A DNA stretch of 64,000 nt from Nemertoderma westbladi. Taxonomy: Eukaryota > Animalia > Xenacoelomorpha. The notes under the pieces are model-generated. The model was not told where the DNA came from, ran no database searches, and saw only the letters and a program-made list of their open reading frames with translations. The DNA lies in the NCBI GenBank assembly GCA_032718475.1, contig JAUCBJ010000816.1:36476-100475 (forward strand). Reading direction: 5' to 3'. Shown here piece after piece: positions 23,801-33,720 of the stretch. Both the position numbers and the translations under genes were made by a program. Each line of letters starts with the position of its first letter. The stretch's first letter is position 1.

Positions 23801-26000
23801 ATACTTCAGACCTAACAGGTTGACACATGGTTACAGGGGGTGGTGGTATACCCTTTTGTGCATTTACTAATTTATCGCGTTCTAGCGCGATACTTTGCTG
23901 CACTTCTTGCAACTCTAGCCTACTTTCCCTTACTGTGCCCTTGAATTGCTGAACGGTCTCCTGCATCTGTCCGAGCAGGAGATCCATCCCCCGTCGTCTC
24001 TCATCCACCCATTCAACCGCCGAAGCGGGATTCGCCAACATTGTAGCGGGCGGACGAGGGACAACGGGCGACAAATCATGGATATTTCGCTCGGAGTCCA
24101 GGGCATGAACTGTCTCACGGACTGTTCTGCTGGGCACAGGTAGCTTAGTGCTGTGCAAAGGGAATTGAGAGGTAGGTTCAGGGAGTACAGGTGTCTCTAC
24201 GACCGAAAGGGTGGCTTCGGGAACAGACCTAACTATTTCGGGCTCATCTACTATAGTAGGGAGTCTCTCTATTGTAATTATTTGGTCTGTGGGTTCTGTA
24301 CTACCTAAGTTGGTGTTATTTAGTTGCCTTCTAACAGCTGGAGGCAAATCAGGCAATTTTTGACGGTGGGATGTTCTTTTACGTCTGCTTAGGCGAGATC
24401 GATTTCCTCCGCCTTCAGTGTCGGTGGTATCGCCTTCCTCAGATGATGTATAACCCTGTCTTTTGGGAGTAGATCGATTCATCATCTGCATATTACTAGC
24501 TGTTAACTGTTTATTAAAGTTGTCTTGTCTCTCTTGAAGATTTTCCAACTCTAGTTGGGCAGTCTCTTCAGACGCCTTTCATTCTGCTTCTGCCACTGCA
24601 GCTGCCAAAGCCGCCTTTCTTTCTGCTTCTGCCACTGCAGCTGCCAAGGCCGCTTTTCTTTCTACCTCTGCCACTGCCGCCTTTCTTTCTGCTTCTGCCA
24701 CTGCTGCTGCCGCTGCTTTTCTTTCTGCTTCTGCCACTGCAGCTGCCAAGGCTGCTTTTCTTTCTGCCTCTGCCACTGCCGCTTTTCTTTCTGCTTCTGC
24801 CACTGCTGCTGCCGCTGCTGCTATCTTTCTGTCTTCTATACGTTTTTTCTTTACTTGTTCTTCTTGAACCTTAGTGATGTGGATGCTTTCATCAAATTTA
24901 GCTTGGTTCGCAGCTCTCATATCCACATCGATGGCGTCCAACACACGCTGGGCTCCTTCACTATTAGGGCTAAGTCCGTCCAACCTTCTCCTCAACTCTT
25001 CATCACCTACGAAACGCTGATAGTCTGACAGATAGATGTCAATGGCATCCCTCTTATGCGGTTTCTCTGCCGTCGCTTCACTTTCCACTTGGGAAAAAGT
25101 AGCGTCTGTTGATTCTCCATGGGTTGAGCGCTCCTCCAGCTGAGCTTTCCACTGAGCTGTTCCTTGAACCTGGCGACTCACCCGTTGAAACCAAGTCTTT
25201 ACGGCAACTTGCAACGACGTGTCTTGTCTTCTTTTAGAAGCCTCCTCAAAGGCCGATAAGATTAGCCTAATTCGCAGAATTCTTTCTCTAACTTGATAAA
25301 GCAGTTGTCCCTGCTCTTGAGGTCCTTGAGGTTGTTGAAACAGTTGTTTTTCTACTCGCTCCATAGAGCTGAAGAATCCTTGTGCGTATCCGGCTGCGGA
25401 CCTCTTCCATACAGCTGGATCGATGGTTTCCTTGGCTACTCCCATCCGGTGTATGTCTTCCCAGGCAGCTTCTGATAAATCAAACGGGAGTCCGGGTCCG
25501 GGGAAGTTCCATTGCGACTCGACCATAGACTTCAGTTCTTCCCTTGTGTATCCCTCATAACTATCTTTAGTTGATTGCTTACTTCTCGCCCAATCGATCT
25601 GGTGTTCTTCCACCGCGATCAATAACCTAGTGAGTACGGCTGCAGGAAGGATGAGAAGGGGATCCGAATAAACCGCATCCGTCATCTTTGCTCCGCGCTC
25701 GGGTGTCAGTTCTACAGTATCTTCACTACTGGAGCTGTCGGGCCGCTGAGAAATAAGTTCTTGGCTCGCGGGTTGTTGCTGTTCCGCTGCTTCTTGGTCC
25801 CGCTTGACCTGAGCTCGAGTGCCTATGATAGACCTACGATGTTGGACCAGCCTAGGTTCTGTTATTACTACTGGAGGGATGACCTTCCTCACAGTGGGAG
25901 GTGAACTGAACTTAGGACTAGACGGTTCTACACCTCTATCTGAGTCGCAGATAGTTACATCTAATAAACTGTCTGACAGGTTCTGCTTAGTATCAGACAT
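17880..26000 (-). pseudogene. BEL/Pao gag-pol polyprotein in one reading frame with two disruptions
   Basis: ORFs 24579-26000, 18825-24548 and 17880-18806 share one frame. Gag CALCDGTH..C / CYNCLRHGH..C / CTKCSAKHHILLH, protease ALLDSGS, RT YMDD, RNase H LHVFGEA..WTDA..NPADIASRG, integrase H..H..CIPC, SDKGTNF, WWGGSWERL. In-frame TGA at 24579-24581; stop plus deletion at ~18825. Confidence 0.95.
24582..24825 (-). repeat. Coding tandem repeat (AAAVAEAERKA)n in the Gag N-terminal extension
   Basis: About six Ala-rich, coiled-coil-like units of 30-42 bp. Confidence 0.9.
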
Positions 26001-27344
26001 GTTTGTTTACACAGTTGAATGTCTACTGCTATTACAGTCTAAGTAAGTCTAGTAATTCAGTATTAACTGCTAGCCTAGTAATTAATTACCGATACTGCTA
26101 CTCAGTGTAGCGTGATATATAATATATTAGTATACCGGTATGCTTATAGTATATATAAGTATTATTACAGACTAGTTTATCACAGAATACCGGTAGGTAA
26201 TTTTAGCACAAATATATATAAATATATAATAGGCCTATCGTGGATACCGGTATGCAGTTTACACTTATAGTATATATAATACAAGTATAATTATTAACTA
26301 GAATTAATTACAGAATACCGGTATGATTTCAGCTTAAGTTTATAAAAATAAATATAATAAGCCTATTGGAAATACCGGTATGTCAATTATTTTAGAATAA
26401 TTGAATTTCTGAATTTTAAGGGTTACTTGGTTACTTTAACTTACTTTATTACCGTTATTTAAGCAGTAGTCCAACTGATATTGAGACCTAATTGTGGTAT
26501 GGCAGGCCTACTATTTATAAATCGTTTGAGTTGATTTATAATATATATATACCCGTTTAATGGGTTTTGTCAATGTTTGAAATAAATGTTATTATTTCTG
26601 GGGGAGTCACTACACAAAGTTGTGTGCTCTCAGTGGAGTGCTACTTGTTAGACACTAAAACAAATAATTCTAATTTACCTAAGTTACTTAATACTACAAA
26701 TTACGTACAATTCGGGTTGAGATTACAATCTCTAAATAAACACAAAAATTTAATTACAAATACACAAATACAAATTTTTAGGGTAATTTTACAAGAAGTC
26801 TACTAACCAGCCTAACAAAGGGTTAGAATATCTGGTTATTACAACGGACAGGTTACTACGGTATTTGAAAATAATAAGTAGTAGTAAATATACTGCGTTG
26901 TCCAGATAGGAAAATACCACCGCCTGACGACCTATAACCGTATCGCTATAGGTACTACGTTATGTATCACGGAGTGTCCCTACCTAGAAGTTAATTACCG
27001 CGGTCTACCAGAACCAACGTGCCTATTAACCACTTTACAACACAAATACACTACCTACACACTAATTGCTTTCGGAAAGCACTGTACACTAAACCCTAAA
27101 TTAGGTACAAGTACTTGTACAACAATAATTAGTAGTTAAAAATACTTGAACAGCTAAAAGAACCACGGCATCTGCTGGAGTGACCGGTGCACAAAATCAC
27201 CAGTCTTTACCTACGCCGAGCAGCCCGTATAGTACCGGGGTTAGTTTAACTATAACGGTATGTATAACAAACACAATTACTGTAGGAATAAACTTGGGGA
27301 ATATGAATGTTGCGAATAATCGCATAAACTCTGAATAATAAATA

Positions 27345-27850
27345 TTACGCTACGCGTACAAACCATTCAAACAAAGTGCAGACCAAATACTGACAGACTA
27401 CTATCAAGCCTAAACAAACTACGGTATATGTAGACTCCGAAATGGTTAAGTAGTATGCGTTCTAACCCAGTAGTACGACTTATTCTTTAGATGGGGGTTT
27501 ACCTTACAGCAATGGCTGCCCCTACTTCCTAACCGTTCTTTATCGGACAGATGCTTTACACACACCGAAATTTCCTCAAACCCAACAGCAGCCAGACAAC
27601 TATCCAGCCTACAAATTATCTAAATAAAATTATACGCTACCCGTACAGACTACACAAACAAAGTACAGACCAAACGCCGGCGGATTCCTATCAGGCCTAA
27701 ATAAACCACAGGACATGCAGACTCCGAAATGGTTAAGTAGTATGCGTTCTAACCCAGTAGTACGACTTATTCTTTAGATGGGGGTTTACCTTACAGCAAT
27801 GGCTGCCCCTACTTCCTAACCGTTCTTTATCGGACATACACTCTACATGC
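27345..27850. repeat. ~287-bp direct repeat x2 in the 5' leader of the BEL element
   Basis: AGACTCCGAAATGGTTAAG...CTTTATCGGACA is almost identical at 27432-27549 and 27719-27837; the flanks are more diverged. Confidence 0.9.
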
Positions 27851-28178
27851 ACTGCAATCCGTTCAGACCTAATCAACAGTTAGCCAACAGTCAAGCCTAC
27901 AAATTATCTGTACAATCTGAACAGGCTTACACGCCTTCTGCTCAATACTGGCCTACAAATAAATAAAACTGACAGAAATAAGTAAGCTCCAAAAGAAACA
28001 AGGGGTGTACAGTCCCTAATCTCTTAAACAGCCTACCGGTATACAATACCACAATCGAATAATACTGCTGTACCTGTACTACTGTAGGTACCGGTCCGGA
28101 TGATCAGGCAGTCAGGCCTACTGGTTACCGGTCGACCGGTACTTTCTACTAGATTGCTTACACCGCAATCCAGAAGCA

Positions 28179-28189
28179 ATATCTGTTAT
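28179..28189 (-). other. Non-tRNA primer-binding-site candidate (ATAACAGATAT)
   Basis: Abuts the CA end of the 5' LTR, has no TGG, and is the exact reverse complement of minus-strand LTR nt 28926-28916. Confidence 0.65.
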
Positions 28190-29318
28190 TGATTGCGCTT
28201 TTGAAGACCTTTGACAGTTTAACCTGCCAAAATTAGAATGTCTTTTAGATGATATATATTCTTTAGCTTTATGACGAGTATTTGATACACTACATTAGCC
28301 GAAGCCAGTCTATGCGCAATCATTCACCCGTTGGATATACCCGGGAGACTGAGTTCGGAGCTTAATGATTGATAGTGTAAGCCTACCGTATTATTCGACT
28401 GATCGTAATATATAATCTCTGACCAATATTATTCACTTTCGGGAAATATTAACAGTTCCTTTTGGACGTGGCGCTCTAAATATGTAAACAGAGTTATGAC
28501 TTAAACTAGACACAACGAAAAGGCTATAGATTAACGTATATGGCACATTCTTTAGGAGATGCTTTGTTATCAGTTACAATCATACACAATGCTGCACAAT
28601 ACTGCACACTAATCTGCCGACCTTCACTAAATTTGGTCACGTATAAAGAGAGCAACAGACAATTTATGTTGGGCATATGAAATAGCATTAGATTCACTTC
28701 AAACCACTTAACATACATAGGTCGCAATCGTTTATCTGTAACCGGTCTCTCTAACCTTTAGTATATCAAGAAGGTGGGGTGTCTGACTATTGATCAGTAT
28801 TCCGATATAATATTTCATCAACAAATATAACGAATAACCAACAGCAAAAGCAGTAATGTAAGATATGAATTGCATAGATATGTATGATAAGATTGTATGT
28901 AGGTAGGTCGATTTGATAACAGATATACGTTCTATAATTAAGCCTACTAATGTAAAGCTAAAGAATGCTGATATACGTAGGTGCCAAAGGCCGATGTTCT
29001 TAGGCTCTAGCAAAAAACATAAACACTGAACTACTGAGTTTCTGTATACACCTCCAACACAGAGACAAAAAACGCTCTGATTGGTCAACCGAACAACGAG
29101 AGAACAAAGAAACAAAGAAACGTCAGTATCTAGCTTATCGCGTCACGAGATTGCGGATTATGTCCTCTAAAGTACAAATACAATACAAATACATAAGAAA
29201 TGACTTTTATGTCCTCTAAAACACCAGTACAGCAAGGACACAGCCTTTTTATGCCTAGCAAACCAACTACAGAGTACTTTAAGGGAAAATAACCGTTAAT
29301 GACGCAAAAGCTTTTACA
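28190..29318 (-). repeat. 5' LTR of the BEL/Pao element
   Basis: TG...CA ends, CCAAT box (plus-strand CTGATTGG at ~29077), near-identical to 10754-11907. Confidence 0.95.
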
Positions 29319-30375
29319 GCAGTATAGGTGCTTTAGCGGACATAACAAGCCATTTTTACCGCAATGCGCTTAATACTCTAAATAGATTGTAGTTCAGATG
29401 ACGAAATCTGTCAGCTGATTTACTGTTGATGTGGAACTTCTTTGTTCAGCTCGCTCAGCCAATCAGAGCGATTTTCATTTTATCTTGCACAGAGGCCTAC
29501 GGAAAACCGGGCAATGCATTACGGTCTTTGTTTACCTTTCTGAGCGAGAACAACTGCTTGGAAATTCTTCTGTACTTCTGTGTTGGAAGTTTCAGACTTT
29601 GACCTAAACATCAGAAACATCAGATGGCTTTGATTACAAGAACGTAAAACTATTAACGCGGCACTACGCAACGCGATTCAACTACCGCATCACACCGCAA
29701 TTCATGCATTGCTGCACATGGAACACTGCATAAGTAACACATACTGACTGTTCACTGCATTATATTACTTCTGTTATTAATTATTATGTTGGTGTATATT
29801 GCTGATATATTTGGAGAATACCGATGAATAATCATAAAACCCCCAATCTTCTTGATTACTAAAGGTTAGAGGAACAGGTTTACCGGTAGCAACTGCGACT
29901 TACATTATAGTGGTTTTTGTGTGAATTGAATGCTATTTCATAATCCCTACATGTGTCAGTTGCTATCCTCCTTATATATGATCAAATTCAGTGACGGTCG
30001 GCAGATCAGTGCGCAGTAGTGTGAAGTAGTGTGAAGGTTAATAAAGCATCTCCTAAAGAATGCGCTTTTTACGAAACTCAGTAGCCATCCAGTTGTGACT
30101 TAAAGCGCCACGTCCTAAAGGAACTGTTAATATTTCCCCGAAAGTAAATATATTGTCAGAGATTATATATCAACGATCAATCGAATAATACAGTAGGTCT
30201 ATACTGCAATCACTATCAAAGCATCCGAATCCAGTCTCCCTTAACTGTGGGTGAATGGTCTCGCACAGGCTGGCTTCGGCTGATGTAACTTCAGTACATT
30301 AAATAATTGATATACAAAAAGACAACTAAAATTGGCAGGTTAAACTGCAAAAGGTCTAAAAGCGCGAACAAATAC

Positions 30376-30621
30376 CTTGGCACCTGACAGTTGATCCTGG
30401 CAGCAATCTCCACGGTTGTAGAGTTCCACACTCTCTATAGCTGTTGTGTGAACGAGGTCCACCCACCACCAACTAGGTCCCATACTGTCGGTATGAGTGC
30501 AGGAGTTCCCATCCCAGTTACTGTCTGTGTTACCGTCGTTAGCTCGAGCAGGGGAACCTCCGTCGATTTCCGAATCAGCACCAGTGGGGAGACCAAGTGC
30601 AATGTTTCTTGAAACTTCCAC
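30376..30621 (-). CDS. Tandem F-type lectin exon (end of domain 1 + N-terminal half of domain 2)
   Basis: Acceptor TTTAG|GTG and donor AAG|GTATTT. Encodes VEVSRNIALG...ANDGN...SCTHT...WWWVDL...YNRGDCC...GAK. In-frame joins give LCE|VEV and GAK|VFV. Confidence 0.93.
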
Positions 30622-31504
30622 CTAAATATCGGCAAAAATCGGTAGTGAGTGGGAGGAACCGTTACACCGATCATCTTGTTTGGGAGTAGCCTAAAACTAC
30701 TGTATGTACTATGTACTGTTCGTACAGTTCAGGTTAGTGCAGTGGCGCCATATTTCAACATATTTCCACTAATCCACTATCCAGAAGTCCTATACCACTC
30801 AGATAGAGCTCAAACTGTTGTCATTTGTAACACTAGGCCTACAGTCTACTGTAGAAAAGTAGAAGAAAGTAGAAGTAGAAGAAAAATAATGCAGCCAAAT
30901 CTCGTCGTCATATATGTCTTTATTCAATTTCCATTTTCTCGAATTTAGCTGAATATTTTTTTCTAATTTTTCTAAGAGACGTAGAGAAAGGAATTTTCTA
31001 CGACGCCAAAACATATTTGGATCATAAATATGAAATCATTCAAAGAAAATTTGAATATATATATCGCCATATATATATATATATTCCCCTTATATATATA
31101 ATACTAGATGTATCACTTTTTTTGTGGTTCTTTGGCTACAAATATACAATATATGTATAATGGCACCCTGTGAGCGGATTCAATTCCGCCTCACCAACCC
31201 CAAGGCGCCGAAGACCGAATACAACAGGCCTAAACCCGAACATAAACCAGCAGATCCATTCCTGAGAGTAAGACAGTCGCTACCACATGCGGCCACACAG
31301 GGGGCTACAAGCCCACAGTTAGTTGGGAGTAGGGCCACACCGTGGCAGGGACAGAAAGAAATTAACAACACAAATTAACATAATCCCAACACACCTAGTA
31401 GGCCGAGTCCAGATAACCAAAACACTAAACAGGTAGATATAAACTTACACGCGATACGTGAGGGACTATACAGGGAATGCTACAATCCAGGATTCGAATG
31501 TCAA

Positions 31505-32924
31505 TTGCATAGGGATGGAACCCACAAGACCATGAGTTGCAAGCATTGGCAAGCGTTGCCCAAACAAGATCGTGTAGCCTACGCAGACGCAAACGGACTA
31601 TGTCATCATTGTGTGGTAGAAGGACACAGATCCGGAGAGTGTAGAGAAACAGCGATAGGAGATGACGAGACTGGAGGCCAAACAATGGCTACAAGCACGA
31701 CAGGAGCAAGGAGGAAGAGGAAAGTACTACTCAGGGTAGTACCAGTGAAGATATCAGGAAAGGGCGGTCGATCAGTCACAACATTAATGCTGGTCGACAG
31801 CGGAGCAGCCTTCACGCTGGTGGAGAATTGGGTGGCCGAAGAGATAGGGCTAAAGACGAGGCCGAGTAGGATGGCGGTAACTACCGTCTCAAGTAAAGAT
31901 GAGGTCATGGAGATGACGACGGGGCGGTGCGAGATATCAGCGATTGCACCGGGATGTGACTATGGGGCGACCATAGACCCCATTCAGATCATAGAATCGA
32001 TAAATATAAATGCCAGGAGACCAACTAACATTGAGGTCGAGCAGTACCGGTTCCTGGACGATATCGATTTTTCAATACCGAAGGTGGACGTCTCGAAGGT
32101 ATCCATCATAGTGGGTATGGACTGCCCGACGGCCCACGAAAGAGTACAAACGATCTTCGGGGAAGACAGACAACGGGATCCGACAGCGATTCTCACGCCG
32201 TTCGGATGGACACTTAGCGGCCCAATTAAAACCACGATTCCACACAGGGTGTCGGAGACATCAGGGTGCATGCTACCAGGCACCGTTAAGGATGTAGAGA
32301 AGAGACCAGGGACGGTAGATAAGCTAGACGGGGAAGTAACAGTAAGAGAGTGGGCGGAGGAGAATGGATTTGACGCAGAAGACTTAGAGACAATGGGATG
32401 GAACAAGGGTCCCAGCAAGTATCGGTATGGGGATGGAGAGGAGAGGACGGCGAGATGTCCGGAGGACAACAGTCCAGAGGACTGTCCAGAGGAGTGTCCA
32501 GAGGAGTGTCCAGAGGAGTGTCCAGAGGAGTGTCCAGAGGAGTGTCCGGAAGAGACGCCGGTCCGGTTGAGAGGCATACCCACAAGGGGGAGGTCGAGTA
32601 AGAAGACAGGATGGAGAGGGATAGGATTACTATTGTCCGTTCTGTTTTATCTATTCTTCCGATTTCTTTTCATTCTACCGGCAGGCGAAGACCAGATGAA
32701 GGGTGGCATTTTGCTGCCAGGAGATCAGGAAGTTAAGAAGGCAGCAGAGAGACCCGATTTTAGGGTGGCAGTTGAGGCTACCGAGAGTGGTAGATACATA
32801 CCCCGATGAGGACGGAAGAGTCCGATCGGTGGGGGTGAGAATAGAAAGCAAGATGGGAGTAGAGGAGAGGAAGACCTACAGGAGGGCTGTAGGAAAGTGC
32901 TGCCTAATAGAAGGGGCACCTTAG
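31505..32924 (+). pseudogene. BEL/Pao gag-protease remnant joined to the integrase C-terminus (RT/RH deleted)
   Basis: H...C, CHHCVVEGHRSGEC, VLLRVVPVKI..LVDSGA, TPFGWTLSGP. (CPEE)n 12-bp repeat at 32483-32552. RVVDTYPDEDGRVRSV...RAVGKCCLIE lies in another frame. Confidence 0.85.
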
Positions 32925-33029
32925 AGTTTAGTCGTCCAAATGTTGGACTGAGGGGGGTGGGAATGAGGGCGAGACACCCTTCCTACACAAATATAATTAA
33001 AATAAATAAATAAATAAAATAAAATAATA

Positions 33030-33720
33030 AATAAGTAGAAAGTTAGAAAATTAGTAGTAGTTAGAAAGTTGGCAGAAGTTAGTTGTAGTTATTAGAAAGT
33101 AAGTAGAAGTTAGTAGTCAGATAGTTAGTAGATAGTTAGATAGTAGGTAAGTAAGAAAGTTAGTAGAAGATAGGAAGGTTAGAAGTCAGCGGGTATAGGG
33201 AGTGTGGTATATTGACATGCCACGAGTAGTAGCAGAAGGGTTGTGGGCACCGGAAGCGCCACGTAGAGGTAGTAGCAGAGGGGTTGTGGGCACTGTAAGC
33301 GCCACGTAGAAAGTAGTAGTAGAGGGGTTGTGGGCACCGTAAGCGCCACGTAGATAGAAGAGTAGCAGAGAGTGGTTGTGGGCACCGAAAGCGCCACGTA
33401 GTCAGAGAGTTAGCAGAGGTAGAGAGTTAGTAGAGGTAGAGAGTTAGTAGAGGTAGAGAGTTAGTAGACTTAGAGGAGTCAGAGAGTTAGTAGAGTTAGG
33501 AGTTAGAGAGTAAGAGGGTACATAGTACCGTTAGTAGAGTTAGAGAGCTAGTTAGAGTTGGAGAGTTAGTAGAGAGTAAGAGGGTTAGTAGAATTAGTAT
33601 AGTTAGAAAAGTTAGCAGAGTTAGTAGAGTGAAGTAGTAAGTAAGTAAGTAGTAAGAGAGTTAGATAGTAAGTAGCAAGTAAGATTTAGATAAGGTAGAT
33701 AGAATGATAGCACAGGGGTA
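33030..33720. repeat. Purine-skewed low-complexity region with a ~47-bp tandem repeat x4
   Basis: (AGTTAGTAGAG)-like runs nearly devoid of C. GGTTGTGGGCACCGTAAGCGCCACGTAG occurs four times at 33238-33401. Confidence 0.85.

Larger units (their letters stand above)
10754..29318 (-). mobile_element. Full-length BEL/Pao LTR retrotransposon (18,565 bp) with an accessory ORF
   Basis: Two ~1.14-kb direct repeats with TG...CA ends and a perfect 5-bp TSD GCAGT (10749-10753, 29319-29323). Gag-PR-RT-RH-IN order with a triple Cys/His gag motif. PPT-like GGGAGCGG precedes the 3' LTR. Confidence 0.97.
10654..30370 (+). mobile_element. Solo LTR A of a BEL-related family, split by the 18.6-kb element (pieces 10654-10753 and 29319-30370)
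   Basis: Starts TGTAAAAGCTTTTGCGG and ends AAAAGCGCGAACA. Homologous, in inverted orientation, to the LTRs of the inserted element and collinear with 44717-51025. TSD AACAC (10649-10653) / AATAC (30371-30375), one mismatch. Confidence 0.85.

Noticed and set aside
24555-25028. Cys-rich metallothionein-like ORF on the plus strand
   Set aside because: It is the antisense reading of the Ala-rich Gag repeat.
31984-32601. SSGH / TPLD / SRGV repeat ORFs
   Set aside because: Alternative-frame translations of one 12-bp tandem repeat.
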